A stretch of 64,000 nt of DNA from the human T2T-CHM13v2.0 reference genome, Homo sapiens. This document shows, piece after piece, positions 26,990-41,689 of this stretch (within the stretch, counting starts at the first letter, position 1; each line of letters opens with the position of its first letter). Made by a program: the position numbers and the translations under genes. The notes under the pieces are model-generated. The model saw only the letters and a program-made list of their open reading frames with translations, ran no database searches and had not been told where the DNA came from. The stretch is taken from NCBI RefSeq assembly GCF_009914755.1, contig NC_060926.1; one strand, 5' to 3'.

Positions 26990-28300
26990 TATGAAATATT
27001 TAACAAAAGTTACAGAGTATAAGCAACACCAACCAGTTTAAGAAATAAGATATTATAAATATGATTGAAACTCCTGGTGTACCTCTCCCAGTTCCCATTT
27101 TTCTCTCGTTCCATGCCCCATCCAAACTATCATCTTAAATTCTGCGCTTATTTTTATAATCTTACTATATATAGGTATTCATAAATCCTATATATTTCAT
27201 ATTTTTAAATTTTATATCAGCCCTATAATACTGTACATATTCTGCAACTTACTTTCTCGCTTAACATTACATCTTATGAGGTTTCTCCATATTAATCTAG
27301 CATTTCTGAGTCATTTTCACTGCTCTATCTGTTCTTTCACAGTCTTGACTTTACTAGTGTATCTTTCCAGTTTCCAGATGATGAGCACAGTATTTCCAAA
27401 TTTTCACTACTATAAATATTGCTTCAATGAACTTTTTTTTTTTTTTTTTGACACAGGGTCTCACTCTGTTGCCCTGGCTGGAGTGCAGTGGCATAATCAC
27501 AACACAATGCAGCCTTTATCTTCCGGGCCCAAGTGATCCTTTCACCTCAGCCTCCCCAGTAGCTGGGACTACATGTGTGCACCACCATGCTCAGCTAATT
27601 GTTTTACTTTTTTGTAGAGATGACGTCTCACTATGTCACTCAGGCTGTCTCAAACTCCTGGGCTCAAGCAATCCTCCTACCTCGGCCTCCCAAAGTGTTG
27701 GGATTACAGGTGTGAGCCACCGTGCCCAGTCTCAATGAATTTATTGTGCATGTCTTCTTAGGTTCATTTTAGAGAATTTTTCTAGGCTATATACATTCTG
27801 CAACAGAATTGCTGAGTTGAAGAGAATTCTCATCTCCAGCTTTGTTAACTTCCAGTGCTCTCCAAAGTGGTGGTACCAATTTATACTGCTATAAATAATG
27901 TACAAGATTCCAAGTGTTCCACATGCTTGCTAACATCTGAATTATCAGACTAATTTTTGACAGCCTGAAGGGTTTATGGCTTTAGCATGCATTTCCTCCA
28001 TTCATGGTAAGAGAGAGAAATTTTTTCATAGCTTTATTATTCTTTTGTATCTCCTCTTCTGTGAACTGCCTGTTCATAGCCTTTGCCTGTTTTTCTCTGG
28101 AATTGTCTTTTCATGTCTTGATTTGCAAGAGACCTTTACATATTCTGTATCATTTATAGTTTATGTGTTGTAAATATAATACCTTCTCCCTGTCTATGGA
28201 TGGTCTATATATTGTTTTCTGACTGAGAGATGTTTTAGATTCTAATGCAGTAGAATTTACTAATCTTTTCTTTCATGATAGTATTTTTAATGTTATATAT
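26990..28300 (-). mobile_element. Degenerate L1M fragment (contains an AluJ)
   Basis: ctctccaaagtggtggtaccaatttatac; tgaactgcctgttcatagcctttgcc. Confidence 0.55.
27433..27731 (-). mobile_element. AluJ
   Basis: PolyT then reverse Alu dimer, flanked by tcaatgaa. Confidence 0.9.
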
Positions 28301-30994
28301 AATTTTTTAAATGATCATATAATTATTAGTTTTAAACACTGAAAGTAACTTAAAGTTTTAGAAACTGTAACAGTGATTTCTGTGCTAACACGAAAACTAG
28401 AAGGTGAACTTGAAACTGAAATGGATCTAGTTTCACTGCCAAGGTCAATGACATACACAGAGTAAGCAAACAAAAGATAAAGGAAATTAGATATGTCATT
28501 TTAATTTAAGGCATTATTGGTAAAAGGTTCTTCAAATCATGCTATCATTTCACATTTCTTTTAAAGATAAGTAATGGTGTTACACTAGGTTATGTGTGTG
28601 TATACATGGCTTATTACATTGTTGGTGATTTCCAGGAACTTGAGAAAACTAAAGCTAGTATTTCAACATAGGAAGCATAATTCATCCTGAAGGGAAAAAT
28701 ACCCAGAAAAGAAATTTTAAAACTTGAAATTTAAGGAATAAATAGCAAATTCTAACACATGAGTTGGGTTCATACACCTAGTCAAGGTCAATTACTTGTT
28801 TTCCTTCAGTTAGGTCTCTGCTTTGTCACAAGTGAATGAAATATCTGAATTGCAAGGCTAAGTCTGAATTTCACTCATAATACCCTGTAAAGCAAAGATT
28901 CAGTACAGCCCATATCCTGGGCCTTAGAGTCAAGGGACAACATTGCAAAACCATTTTGGCAGAGAATTCACCTGTGTAAATAATGTCTCAGTTTTAGAAC
29001 AATTTCCTCTGTTTCACCTTTGTGTTTTCTCTATTTCAAAATACTGCTTTTGTGTATGGGGCAAAAATCCAAACAAAAGTCACCTAGGTGACCGGGCATG
29101 GGACAGACTCTTTTCTGTATCCCACTTTACTATGATAATTAAGGAATTAAAATGTTTTAAAAGATTTGAGCAAACACTGTAGAACAGGCAAGAAACCTTA
29201 CTTTATTTAGACCTAAACTAAAACTCCATTTAATAATCTCTACATGTTGACTATAAAACAGTTTGTTTTTTATTTTTTTGATTTGTTTTTACATAGAATT
29301 GATTCCACAGAGCAGGAATGAAAGAAAATGCAAATTCCCACCTTTGAGGTTTTACTGTGAAAAATTTCCGCTGGGAAGATGATTTTCCTTTTACAGTAAT
29401 TATTCATTATCCACAATAATGAAGAATAAAGATGGCCTGGATATAGAATCCAATAACAGTTCCAAAAACTTATTTTGGCCAACCATTTCATTCTCTATCA
29501 TCACCAAATGATCTAACAGAGAGGCACAAAGGAGGAAAGAGCACTGTTCTGAGTCTTTCCTACTTTACTGTGTGTGTTCATTACCAAATGGAGGTGTTAA
29601 TGAGCATGAAAGTACCGAAAACACAGTCCAAAGAAGAAAAAATTATCAAGTAAATCCAATGTATTTAAGTTGAGCTTTCAGGATATGACAAGGCCAAGCT
29701 AAACCACCATTCCCCACGTCCCAGTGAACTCAACAGAGCCAAACCTGCATCATCCTGCTCTCACTCTGGAGTGTTTTCTTGGGAGTAACATCAAGTCACT
29801 TTCCAGCAAAGTCTTTAGGGGTCAGTTAGGGATATGTTGTCATTTGACCACACTGGCTGCCTCTCTCTCCAGAAATAATGACAGGCATGTGTTTTTAAAA
29901 TCACCTCTCCCCATCTCCTAAGACAAGGATTGGAACGCTGCCTTTAGCATTTTAGCTGTTATTAAACCAAAAGTATTTTAGTTTCTATTGAAATAATATT
30001 ATAGCTTCTATTATTTCATCTATTTAACATTCCCTCTTTGAACAGCTTTCATTTTTTAAACAGCAATGTTTGTCCATCTACTCATATCTTAAATCAAAAT
30101 GAAAATAAGTATTAAGTTTATACTGAAAGCACTTAGAAGTCCAGACTAAAAATAAATTCAGTCCCACTCTGATTGTAAGGGAAATCTATTAATGGCTATA
30201 CATTTTACAACAAATTTTTCCTAATACATATTCACTATAGGGAGTTTGAAAATCAAAAAGTGAAAAAAAATCACATCAACAAGTATCAGTCACCTGCTTA
30301 GTTTTTTTTCTTCAATGTAAACACATGCCTACATTTTTAAAACACAAATTGTTTTTATTCTAGAGCAACAACTTTGTTGAAATTTTAAAATACTACAAGA
30401 ACAATTTCTCACATTATTAAATCTTCCTTGAAAGCCTGTTTAAATAGTTGTATATTTCAACTCATACTATAATTTTAAAAACTATTTTGCTATTGTAGTT
30501 GCTTCTAATATTTTGCTATTACAGTAAACTTGTGTATGAATCTTAACAGCAGTTCTTATTGTCTTAGAACTAGCTAAAGGGAGAACTAAAAGAAATGCAT
30601 TTTTACAAGTGCATTTTAATAGGTATTAACTATTTGCTAGAAATAGTAATTTAGACTTCTACCAGCAGTGTATATAAAATGTTCACCTCACTGTATCCTT
30701 CTGACTTGCACAGATATTTTCATCTTATTACAACTTTACTTAATTGTTAGGTTGAAATAATAACACCCTCTAAAATTTGGGTTTCTTTGATAGAGAGAAA
30801 TTTGTTTCTTCCACAGTAAATGGTATGTAGTGGCTCTTTACATATTTTATGTAAATGTTTTATATAAACCAACTATAAATGTATATAAATCAAGAATAAA
30901 ACAAAACCTTAATAATATGCAGTTATCACATATACATATATATTTGTGGCAAATAATTTTCCTAATTCATGACATGGCTTTAAAATTATGTGTT

Positions 30995-31515
30995 AATAAA
31001 TGACCCAGCAAATCCATTCTGAGGTATACATCCAAGAGAAATGAAAACATACATAAAAACTTGAACAAAAATGTTCACAGCAGCATTATTTATAATACTT
31101 GAAAGGTATAAATAATCCAAAAGCCTACCAACTGATGAATGAACAAAATATCTCACACACCCACACCCACACATACACACACTGGAATACTACTTAGCCA
31201 TAAAGAAGAATGAAGTACTGATACATGCTGCAATGCAGACCACCTCTGAAAACATTATAAGTGAAAGAGGTCAATCATAAAAACCCACATATTGTATGAT
31301 TCCATGTATATGAAGTATCTAGAGGAAAATAGATTAGTGTTGTCTGGGGCTGGTAAAGAAAGGACAACGGAGAATGACTGCTAATGAATGCGTTTCTTTT
31401 TGGGGTGATAAAAATGTTCTATTTTCACAACTCCATGACTATACTAAAAAAATCACTGACTTGTACATTTTAAATCAATGAATTGTATGATGTGCAATTA
31501 TGAACCAATAAAGCT
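30995..31515 (+). mobile_element. L1MB/ME 3' end
   Basis: tgacccagcaaatcca...aatgttcacagcagcattatttataa...aatgaagtactgatacatgc...aataaagctg. Confidence 0.8.
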
Positions 31516-31519
31516 GGGT

Positions 31520-31688
31520 TTGTCTTTTTAAGAGATGGGGGGGTCTCACTATGTCATCCAGGCTGGAGTGCAGTGGCTATGCAAAGGCATGATCATTGCT
31601 CACTATAGCCTTAAACTCCTGGGCTCAAATGATCTCCTGCCTCAGTGTTCTGAGTAGCTGAGGCCAGGTGCGTGTCACCATGCCTAGC
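31520..31688 (-). mobile_element. FAM-like fossil Alu monomer
   Basis: Monomer carrying the extra 7SL-derived segment gtggctatgcaaaggcatgatc. Confidence 0.7.
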
Positions 31689-31719
31689 TTCAAGCTGTTT
31701 TTAAAATGTATATATTAAT

Positions 31720-33350
31720 ATGGTATGGTCTACTAAGACTCCTGCAAAAACAGTGAATTTGTCTCATCTAATTTTTAGAAAAGTTTGTAATATGCATATT
31801 TCTTGAAGCTATGCTGTTAGGTAACAGATTGCTCAGGGCAATCATACTTTCTTGGAAGACTGTTATTAACATGAAATATCTTTCTTTTTCCTATTTCATG
31901 ATTTTGCCTTAAGTTCTATTTTGTCTAAGGTCAACATTGCTATGGCTGTCTTTTTCATTTATGTGGAATATTTTAATCCAAATCTTTAATATCAAGGTTG
32001 TTTTTTTTTTTCTTTAGGAGTGTCTCTTGCACATATGTAAGTTAGAGCTGTACTTTATTTTTTAAAGTCTTAAGTTCTATTAATAGGGGAAGTTAGCCCA
32101 TTCACTTTTAAATACCTATTACTTATTCCTATCTCCTTATATTTTGTTGTTTATTTCCTATACTTTCTTATTTTCTTTTCTCTACCTTTGGATGAAATTA
32201 TAAACTTTTTACATTTTACTCTCATGATTTATATTAAATATCTTATTGGTGGTTGTTCTTCATATGTTTCAGGTTATATTTTTAATCAAATTCTAGAGTT
32301 AATTTATATCTGAATCTTTTTCCTGAAAAAGAATCTTAATACTTTTTATCATTTCTTTTTCTTCTACTCTCCCATGTTGAACTGATCTGATCTAGACTTA
32401 AATATTTAAAGATTAACATTATAGATTTTAAAAACTATCAGGCTCAACTATACATTTTACTGTGTGTACATGTTTCCCATGTTATGTCTTTCCCTTCTTT
32501 GGACACTCCCCTGCTTTTTGGAAGGGAGTACTTCCATCAATTCTTTCAAAGAAGGTGTGAAACAATCAGAGAAGGTTCAAAATTGTTTTTATTTTCCACT
32601 CACACTAAATTGATGGTTTGCCTGATTTAGAATTATGAGTTCAAAATGTTTTTTCCCACAACTCCACAACTACTGCATTCTATCTTCTATCATTTATTTT
32701 TTATCAATAATAGGACTGTTGTCAATCTCATTCTTTCCTTTGCAGATAAACTGCTCTCTGAATACTTTTAGTCAGTTCCTCTTTATCACGTATTCTGAAA
32801 TTTCATAAGCAGGAATTTAGTGTTGGCCTTTTGTTATTCTTTACTTCTGCATTCATAAGGTGTTTTCAGAAGACTTGTCTGTCTTCAGTTCAGGAAAATT
32901 TCCTATTACTTCTGTGATTATAACTCCATACTATTTCAATTTTACATCAGATGAACGCTGAAGGTTTAGAACGTCCTCTGTATCATGTGACTTTTTGTTC
33001 ATGCTTTCCACCTTTTTCAGTTCAAAACTGCATTCTGAAGGAATTCAACCTTCCAATTCATTAATTTGCTTTTAACCGTGTCCACTCTATTTAGTCCAAT
33101 TATGCATTTTAATCCTGATAATTACATTCTTAAATTCTAAGATATTTGATTGGTTTGAATTCATTTTAATACATATTTCTTTATAAATGCAATAATCTCT
33201 TTTCTCTCTATGAATCTTACTTTTACTTATTTCAAAGTCTCTGTTACTTATTCATTGTCTCACTCGCTATTACTTTTTGTTTATTAAGTTTAGTGCCTCA
33301 TTTGTCTACCATAGGTTTTCCTCAAATGTTTAATCATTCTTGGTAGTGAG
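31720..33350 (-). mobile_element. Degenerate old L1 (ORF1/endonuclease region)
   Basis: T-rich strand with reversed ORF1/EN-like motifs; highly diverged. Confidence 0.45.
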
Positions 33351-34084
33351 ATCGTTTCAGAGTCCCTAACTGTCTGTCTGTGTATGCTGTTTCTGTTTAC
33401 TATTCCCCACCTCCGGTGATAATGTGGGAAATGTGGGACATCATGCCAGGTGTCATGTACATGGCAGGAATTTATCTTCTCAGGATGAGGCTCCTTGAGC
33501 TTCCTGACATTCGAAGGTCTCTTGAGCTATCTCCCAGCCTCTCTGGCCTATGTTAAGGTCAGTGCTTCAGCTTGGATTCACAGTATACTGGAGGAGGAGG
33601 TCAGTACAGGCCTAGCTTTGCTATATGTATCTTCTTATCTAATACTTCAGACCCTCTCCCTACTATTTGAATCTGACTAGTTTGGCTCTACCGGGAACTG
33701 CACCTACCTCAAGAACATAATGATACACAATGATCTGTATATGTTTTGAACTGTGACTCCACCAGGTTTTATTTCTCCATGAGTGTGATTCCCCATGCTT
33801 AGTATCTGTCAGGAATTCCTGAGATTTCCATCCACTAATGGGAGGGACCCTTTCTTGTTTTCCCATGCTGTTATCAATTTATTCAAATAAATATGTATTT
33901 ATATAGGTACACATGTACACCTTTTCTGTCAACTCATGGAATTAGGAGTTCTGAATATGCAGCTGATGATGGTAGTGTAATTAAAGAATATCATTAATTC
34001 AGCCCACCATCTTGATGACGTTCTTAGTTTCATTATTTGCTGAACAGTGAGTAGTCCAATGTTAATATGGCTATTTTTTTAAAT

Positions 34085-34520
34085 CTCAGACTCATATATC
34101 CAACTCCTACTTGACATCTTTCCTTGGATTTCTTATAGGCATCTCAAACTTAACATGTCTAAAACTGAATTACTGATCTTAACCCACCAAACCTGCTCTA
34201 CTCAAGCATCATCCACATATCAGAACCCTTGGAGCAAGTTCTTCATAATTCCTTTCCCTCACTTATCACCACACAAACCCTGCAAAACAGACTTGACTTC
34301 TTTCCATCTTTACTGCCATTAACTTTGTCCAAGCACTATTATTTCTCACCTGGGCTAGTACAAGAGCCTCCTAGCTGTTCTATTGCTTCTCTTCTTCCTA
34401 AGTCACTCTTCCCAGATCAGCCAGAGCCAATGCTTAAAAATATAAATCAGATTGTGCCACCCCCCCTTGCTTAAACCTCTTCTATTACTTCTCACTGTTG
34501 TTAAAATGAATCCCAAAGTC
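34085..34520 (+). mobile_element. L2 fragment
   Basis: atatccaactcctacttgacatct...ggcatctcaaacttaacatgtctaaaactgaa. Confidence 0.75.
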
Positions 34521-34698
34521 TTTCACATTAAACGTTATCTCTGAATCCCAATCTGGAGGTTAGGTCTCCACTATTTACTTAAAGATCTCTTTGAAGTCAA
34601 TAGCTTATTAGCCTGCCCAGGTTTCATAAATTTGGAATCTTCTCTTTATTCCACTATCTTGCCAAGATGCTCCATAACTTTATCTTGAATGAATATAA

Positions 34699-35039
<341 letters not shown>

Positions 35040-36033
35040 AGTTGTACTCTTTAGATACCAGTCATTTCTATCTACTTGTAGCTAGATCAGTCCCTTTAGC
35101 AACTATCTTTCTGAAATGAGTAAGTCCAGTTAAAGGTCTGAATGCCTTAGTCCAACTTGCTATAAAATGGAAATATTCCCAGTTGAATCTCAATATATGA
35201 CAGGTTAATCTAAGCTTTGCTACCATGAGATCTTGGGTAAATGTCTTAAGTACTCCAGGACACTGCCTCTTTTTCTATCAAATGAGGGGGGTAGGGTTAC
35301 ATGAATTCTAAGGTGTCTTCCATATCTAGTAGTCACAGATTCCATGACATAATATATTTCTTTAGAAAAAGTGTAGTATAGTACCTATCATTCAAATCCC
35401 ATAAAAATTATACAGAAGGAAATACTCTATTTCACATTTAATAGCTTTTGACAAGGAGGAAAACAATGTGACCCAAGCCTTCTGGAGACAACTTCCCCAC
35501 ATACCATTTTGCTATCACCATAAATTCACTCTGCCAAGGTTTAGTGCTGTCTTGAATTGCCCAATGAACACATACAACCTCAAGAATTAAAAATACAGTA
35601 ACAACAAAAACGAGTACTATTATTACCTACCACTTCTCTAATCACACATAAGATCTACTTATCTACTGTGAAGATCAAGTTCAATGCATGATATCACTAT
35701 TGTAATTATTTTAGATAGCACCACCATTTTTATAATAATGTTAAAAGAAGAGGCTCTCTCTCCAAATTAGTTATTAGTTTCATCTAGTGTTTTCATAGTC
35801 TTTCAATCTGACCACAGTCAATTCTAAGTCTTAATCAAAATCATTAACACGAGAACAACAATGACAAAAATAATTCCCTCCTTCCCTGATGACTTAAAAC
35901 TCCTACTTTCCACAAACTGTATAACCTTGAAAATGGGAATCTACTCCCACAGACACTTAATTACTATCCCAGGTTTGAGTACTGCTCCTTGTATTGATGG
36001 ATTTCATAAATTAAATGATCCACATAGCTTTAC

Positions 36034-36116
36034 CTGATACATTCCAACTCCAATGTGCTTTGGCTCAATTTTCACTAGCTCAGCTAATGGATCTTGTACA
36101 CGCCTTGCTATGGAAA
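36034..36116 (-). CDS. SRBD1: SRBD1 internal coding exon (83 nt; phase 1 in, phase 0 out), encodes [28 protein letters not shown]
   Basis: Acceptor ttctgtttttttcAG (36118-36117) and donor CAG|GTAAAG (36033-36032). Joins in frame to the previous exon (G+TT=Val). Carries the Tex motif [27 protein letters not shown]. Not in the ORF track because it is short. Confidence 0.96.
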
Positions 36117-36599
36117 CTGAAAAAACAGAATCAGAAAACAAGTATGACTTAATGTGAAAAGCAGTACCTAATAATTACTTACATTAGTTTCTCATAATGT
36201 AAGTACTTAATCCTGTCCCTCCTCATCATCCCTCTAAAAAAGGCCAACAATTTAAATTTCAAAGTTCTCTTTTTTCCCCACACAAAAAGTAAATGCAAAA
36301 TTTCATGAATTATGTCATCAGAACTCCTAGGCATTCTTGAACACAAAGTAGTTTGACAGGATTATAGATTTGGAAAAACAAATAAAACGTTTACTCCCTA
36401 TACTTACATGATTACCTATTCATTCTTCATTCTTTACGTAAAGCATAATAGGATACCTCATGCTTCACAGAGGAAGCAAAACCTTGTTTTAAATAATTCT
36501 GCATTATTACAAATATATTTATATGTCAAATATGCTTATTAGAACTCGATCCCCCAAATAATGAACAAGTGACGGAATTACCTCCTTTTTTAAAGTTCC

Positions 36600-36754
36600 T
36601 TTTTTTTAGAGATAGGGTCTCACTCTGTTACCCTGGATAGAGTGCAGTGGTGCCATCTCAGTTCACTGCAGCTTTGAACTCCTGGGCTCAAGCAATCCTC
36701 TTGCCTCACCCCTCCAAAGTGTTGGGATTAGAGGCATGAGCTACTGCGCCCAGC
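36600..36754 (-). mobile_element. FLAM/AluJ monomer
   Basis: tttagagatagggtctcactctg...ccaaagtgttgggattagaggcatgagc. Confidence 0.8.
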
Positions 36755-37865
36755 AGAATCATATCTTAATGCAACCAGAGATCAAGTTACTTGGCTAATG
36801 AATATACTCATGTGGCCTTGAATATGACTGCAAGATTGCCCTGGCAAGTGATCCTCCTTCTGTCCCAACTGCTTGTCTCTTAACACACCATAGTTCTAAT
36901 TACATCCCTTTCTTGACCATTACAATCCATGCTCAAGAAACTTTAGAGTTAATTTCAAACATTCCTTTAACTGTGTCATGATTTTACTTGTTCGTCATTT
37001 ATTGTCCTTTTTTTTTTTTTACCAAATATCAATAAAAATTCACATCTAATTTCGTTTATAAGATAGATTTAGCTAGAAAAAAAAGATAACTATTACAACT
37101 CTTATGAATAGTTCTAAAGGCAGCCTCCCTCTCCAGTAGCATATTTACACTGAGTCTTTATATATATATGAACTGCTTCCATTTTCAAAACACATGGAAG
37201 CTAATCAGTGTCACCTTCTCATACAGGTTAGATGAAATATAAATTCATTAAGTGAAAATATTAAGACCATCAAAGAAAATCCTATGCCTGTTTCCATGTT
37301 AAGCTGTTCAAGGTCTGGAAACAAAAGTCATCTCTTGCAAGTGACTCTCAGATTCTCCAGTCGCTGATTTGTACCACTTCTCTAATCAGACATAAGATCT
37401 ACTTATCTACTGTGAACATCAAGTTCAACACATGATCATTCAAGTCTTTTTCACATCCTTTATTACTACATCTAATATATAGTGACAATAGCTCCTTGCA
37501 AAGCAAGCTTAGAGAACGCTGAGCTGGCGTTACACAATCTATTTTTCTCCCAGAAGAGACGGGGATTCCAAGGCCTTCACATAAACCTTTATTATTTAAA
37601 GAAATCAATCACAAAAGGTTAGTTAGTGCAAGCATTGCAGGTGATAGGAGAAATGCTTTCTTCTAATAACCACATTTATAATTACAGATTTAAAGTAGAG
37701 ATATACTTGAATTTCTCTAAAGCAAATATTATTTCTTTAGCCTAACATTTAAATGTGTAATGCAATAAGAATGATTTTCAACACATATACATTGCCAAAA
37801 TACTCTGAGTAAAAACAACAACAAAAACCCCCACAACAGTAAACCAAGTCAAGAATTTAAGAATA

Positions 37866-40280
37866 CAGGGATACCTCATTGTATTGCATTTTGCTTTATT
37901 GTGCTTCTCAGACACCACATTTCTTCCAAGTTGGAAATTTGCGGCAACCCTGAGTTGGGCAAGTCTATTGGCGCCATTTTTCCAATAGCATGGGCACACT
38001 TCTGGTCACTGTGTTACATTTTGGTAACTCTCAGAAATATTTCAAAATTTAATTATATTTGTTATGATAATCTGTGACCAATGATCTTTGATATCACTAT
38101 TGTAATTGCTTTAGAACACCACGAACCACACCTATAAGGTAACAAACTTAATCAATAAATGATGTCTGTGTCCTGACTGCTCCACCAACTGGCTATTCCC
38201 CTCCCTCCCTCTCCTGGGGCCTCCCTATTCCCCGACACACAACGGTATTGAAATCAGGCCAATAAATAACCCTACAATGGCCTCTTAAGTGTTCAAGTAA
38301 AAGGAAGAGTCGCACGTCTCTCACTTTAAATCAAAAGCTAGAAATAATGAAGCTTATTCAAAAGACATGTTGAAAGCCAAGAAAGGCTGAAAGGTAGGCC
38401 TCTTGGGTCAGTTAGCCAAGTTGTGAATGCAAAGGAAGAGTTCTTGAAGGAAATTAAAAGTGTGACTCCAGTGGACACACAAATGATAAGAAAGCAAAAC
38501 AGCTTTTTGCTGATATGGAGAAAGTCTGAGTGATTAAACCAGCCACAACATTCCCTTAAGCCAAAGTGTAATCCTGAGCAAGGTCCTAACTCTCTTCAAT
38601 TCCATGAAAGCTGAGAGAGGTGAGGAAACTGCAGAAGAAAAGTCTGAAAACAGCAAAGGCTGGTTTGTGAGGGTTAAGGAAAGAAGCCATCTTCCTAACA
38701 TAAAAGTACAAGGTGAAACAGCAATTGCTGATGTAGAAGCTGTAGCAAGTTGTCCAGAAGATCTAGTTAAGATCATAATGAAGGTGGCTACAATAAACAG
38801 CAGATTGTCAATGTAAACAAAATAGCCTTCTCTTGGAAGAAGATGCTATTTAGGACTTTCATAGCTAGAGAGGAGAAGTCAATGCCTGGCTTCAAAGATT
38901 CAAAAGACAGCCTGACTCATTTTATTAGAGGGGAATGCAGCTGGTGACTTTAAGCTGAAGTCAAGGCTCATTTGCCATTCTGAAAATCCTTGGGTTCTTA
39001 AGAATTATGCTAGATCTACTCTGCTTGTGCTCTATCAATGAAACAACAAAGCCTGCACGATGGCACATATGTTTATAGCATGGTTTACTGAATATTTTAA
39101 GCTCACTGTGGAGACCTACTGCTCAGAAAAAAAGATTCCCTTCAAAATATTAGTGCTCATTGACAATGCACCTGTCATCCAAGAGCTCTGATGGAGATGT
39201 ACAAGATTAATACTGTTTTCATGCCTACTAAAACAACATCCATTCTGCATACCATGTATCAAGGAGTAATTTTGACTTTCAAGTCTTATTTTTTAAGAAA
39301 TGCATTTTGTAAGGCTATAGCTGCCATAGATGGTGATTTCTCTGAGGATCTGGGCAAAGTACGTTGAAAATCTTTGGAAAAGGATTTACCATTCTAGATG
39401 CTATTAATAACATTCATAATTCATGGGAGGAGGGCAAATGTCAACATTAGCCAGAGTTTGGAGGACAGTGATTTCAACTCTCATGGATGACTTTGAGGGA
39501 TTCAATATTTTGGTGGAGAAAGTCACTTCAGATGTCGTGGAAATAGGAAGAAAACTAGAATTAGAAGTGGAGCCTGAAGATGTGACTGAATTGCTGTAAT
39601 CTCATGATCAAACTTGACATAATGAAGAGCTGCTTTCTTAGGGACAAGCAAATAAAGTGTTTTCTTGAGATGGAATCTACTCCTGGTGAAGATGCTATGA
39701 ACGTTGTGGAAATGATACAAGATATCAAATATTACATAAACTTCATTGATAAAGCAGCAGCAGCAGGAATGGATAGTATGGACTTCAATTTTAAATAAAG
39801 TTCTACTGAATGTAAAAGGCTACCAAACAGCATCACATGCTACAGAGAAACCTTCACTGATAAAGCAGCAGCAGCAGGAATGGATAATATGGACTTCAAT
39901 TTTAAATAAAGTTCTACTGAATGTAAAAGGCTACCAAACAGCATCACATGCTACAGAGAAACCTTTTGTGAGAGGAGAGTCCATTGATACAGCAGACTAC
40001 TTCATTGTTGTCTTATTTTAAGAAACTGCCACCACATCTCAGCCTTTAGTAACCACCACTCTGGTCAGCAACCATGAACATCAAGGCGAGACTCTCCACC
40101 AGCAAAAAGACTGTGAACTGCTGAAGGCTCAGATGATCATTAGCATTTTAAACAATATTTTCTAAGTAAGATGTGTACATATTTTTTGAGATATAATGCC
40201 ATTAGATTCTTAACACACTATAGTATAAACATAACTTTTGTATGCACTGAGAAAACAAAAATGTCATGCGACATTTTTAT
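37866..40280 (+). mobile_element. Tigger1 (TcMar-Tigger) near-full-length fossil; transposase disrupted; right terminal inverted repeat missing
   Basis: TA then cagggatacctc left end. Transposase remnants [42 protein letters not shown] (38604-38816) and FLEMESTPGEDAMNVVEM. Confidence 0.92.
39741..39962 (+). repeat. 111-bp tandem duplication inside Tigger1
   Basis: Units 39741-39851 and 39852-39962 differ at 2 positions. Confidence 0.95.
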
Positions 40281-40624
40281 AACTCCTATGTCCAGGCTTT
40301 AGAGAGAGATGGTGCTACTTTCCTGCCGGCAAGATAATCAAGAATGCGTTATTTAGTGGACAGTAATAATGCAGAGCTCGAGGTTGAGAATGATCAGGCT
40401 GACAAAAGATTCTTGAAAGTAAGAGGGAGGTAGCTCAGGAAAAGGGAGTCTAATGAATTGCTGATAAAGAGAATTAAGAGAGAGGAAGAGTTATGGCCCA
40501 AAACTTAGGGAACGTGTACATTTTGAGACAGAGAAGAAAAGGAGGAAGTAATGAAAGAGGCAGAGAATAAATGACGAGGACAGCAAAGTAATAGAAGTCA
40601 AAAAGATTTCTGGAAAATGTTAAA

Positions 40625-41185
40625 CATAGTTACATGTGCCCCAATTTTTATTCTCAGGCATACACTCAGGAGAAATGGAAACATATGTCCATATAAAATC
40701 TTATTCATGAATTTTCATAGCAGCCTTATTCATAGTAGCCAAAAATGTTAAAAAAAAATCTATCAACTGATGACTAAACAAAATGTTGTATACCCATACA
40801 ATAGAATGTTATTTGCCAATAAAAAGAAATGAAGTGCTGATACATGCTACAGCATGGTTGAATCTTGAAAACATTATGCTTAAGTGAAAGAAGCCAGTCA
40901 CAAAGACCACATATTGTATGATTTCATTTATATGAACTGTCCAGAACAGGAAAATCCATACAGAGAGAAAGTAGATTCATGTTTGCCAGGAGTTTGGGTG
41001 GTGAGTGAAGACAGTAAAGGAAGTGATTGCTAATGGGCATGGGTTTCTTTTTAGGATGAAGTTATAAAACTAGACGGTGGTGATAGTTGTGCAACTCTGA
41101 CTATACTAGAAAACACTGACTTGTACACTTTAAAAGGGTAAATTTTATGTTATGTAAATTATATCTCAATGAAGCTATTATTTTT
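40625..41185 (+). mobile_element. L1MB 3' end
   Basis: atgaagtgctgatacatgctacagcatggttgaatcttgaaaacattatgc...tatctcaatgaagct. Confidence 0.85.
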
Positions 41186-41653
41186 TAAAATGTAGTATGT
41201 CCAAATGTATGCCAAATACTATTTTGCCCACATATAATGAATGACAACAGTTTGCTGTATCACTACTATTCACCATTGTTCAGAAAACTCTAGTTGATGC
41301 AACTTGACAAAAAGGGAAGATATAAATATTGAAATGACATTATTTATGTATGATGATTGTCTACCTAGAAAACCTAAGCAAGTCAAATGAAAAAATAACA
41401 GAACTAATAAGGTTCCAATTAGTTGGGTAGTTTCAAGACACACAAACAAAAATTGATGCTTCTACCATATGCTATCGAACCAATAACACAGGAGTTGGGG
41501 AGTGGAGAGAATGGGGAGATGCTGGTGAAAGGGTACATAATTGTAGTTATAAGTTAATAAATTACAGAGATTTTACGTACAGTATGGTGAAATTAAAATG
41601 TAATAAAAACAATAAAAACATCAAATCATGGAGAAAAACCTATTCACAACGTT

Positions 41654-41655
<2 letters not shown>

Positions 41656-41686
<31 letters not shown>
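41656..41686. repeat. (CA)n microsatellite, ~15 units
   Basis: Direct read. Confidence 0.97.

Positions 41687-41689
<3 letters not shown>

Noticed and set aside
38280-39800. Functional or domesticated Tigger transposase
   Set aside because: Broken by stops and frameshifts into short pieces, and the right terminal repeat is missing.
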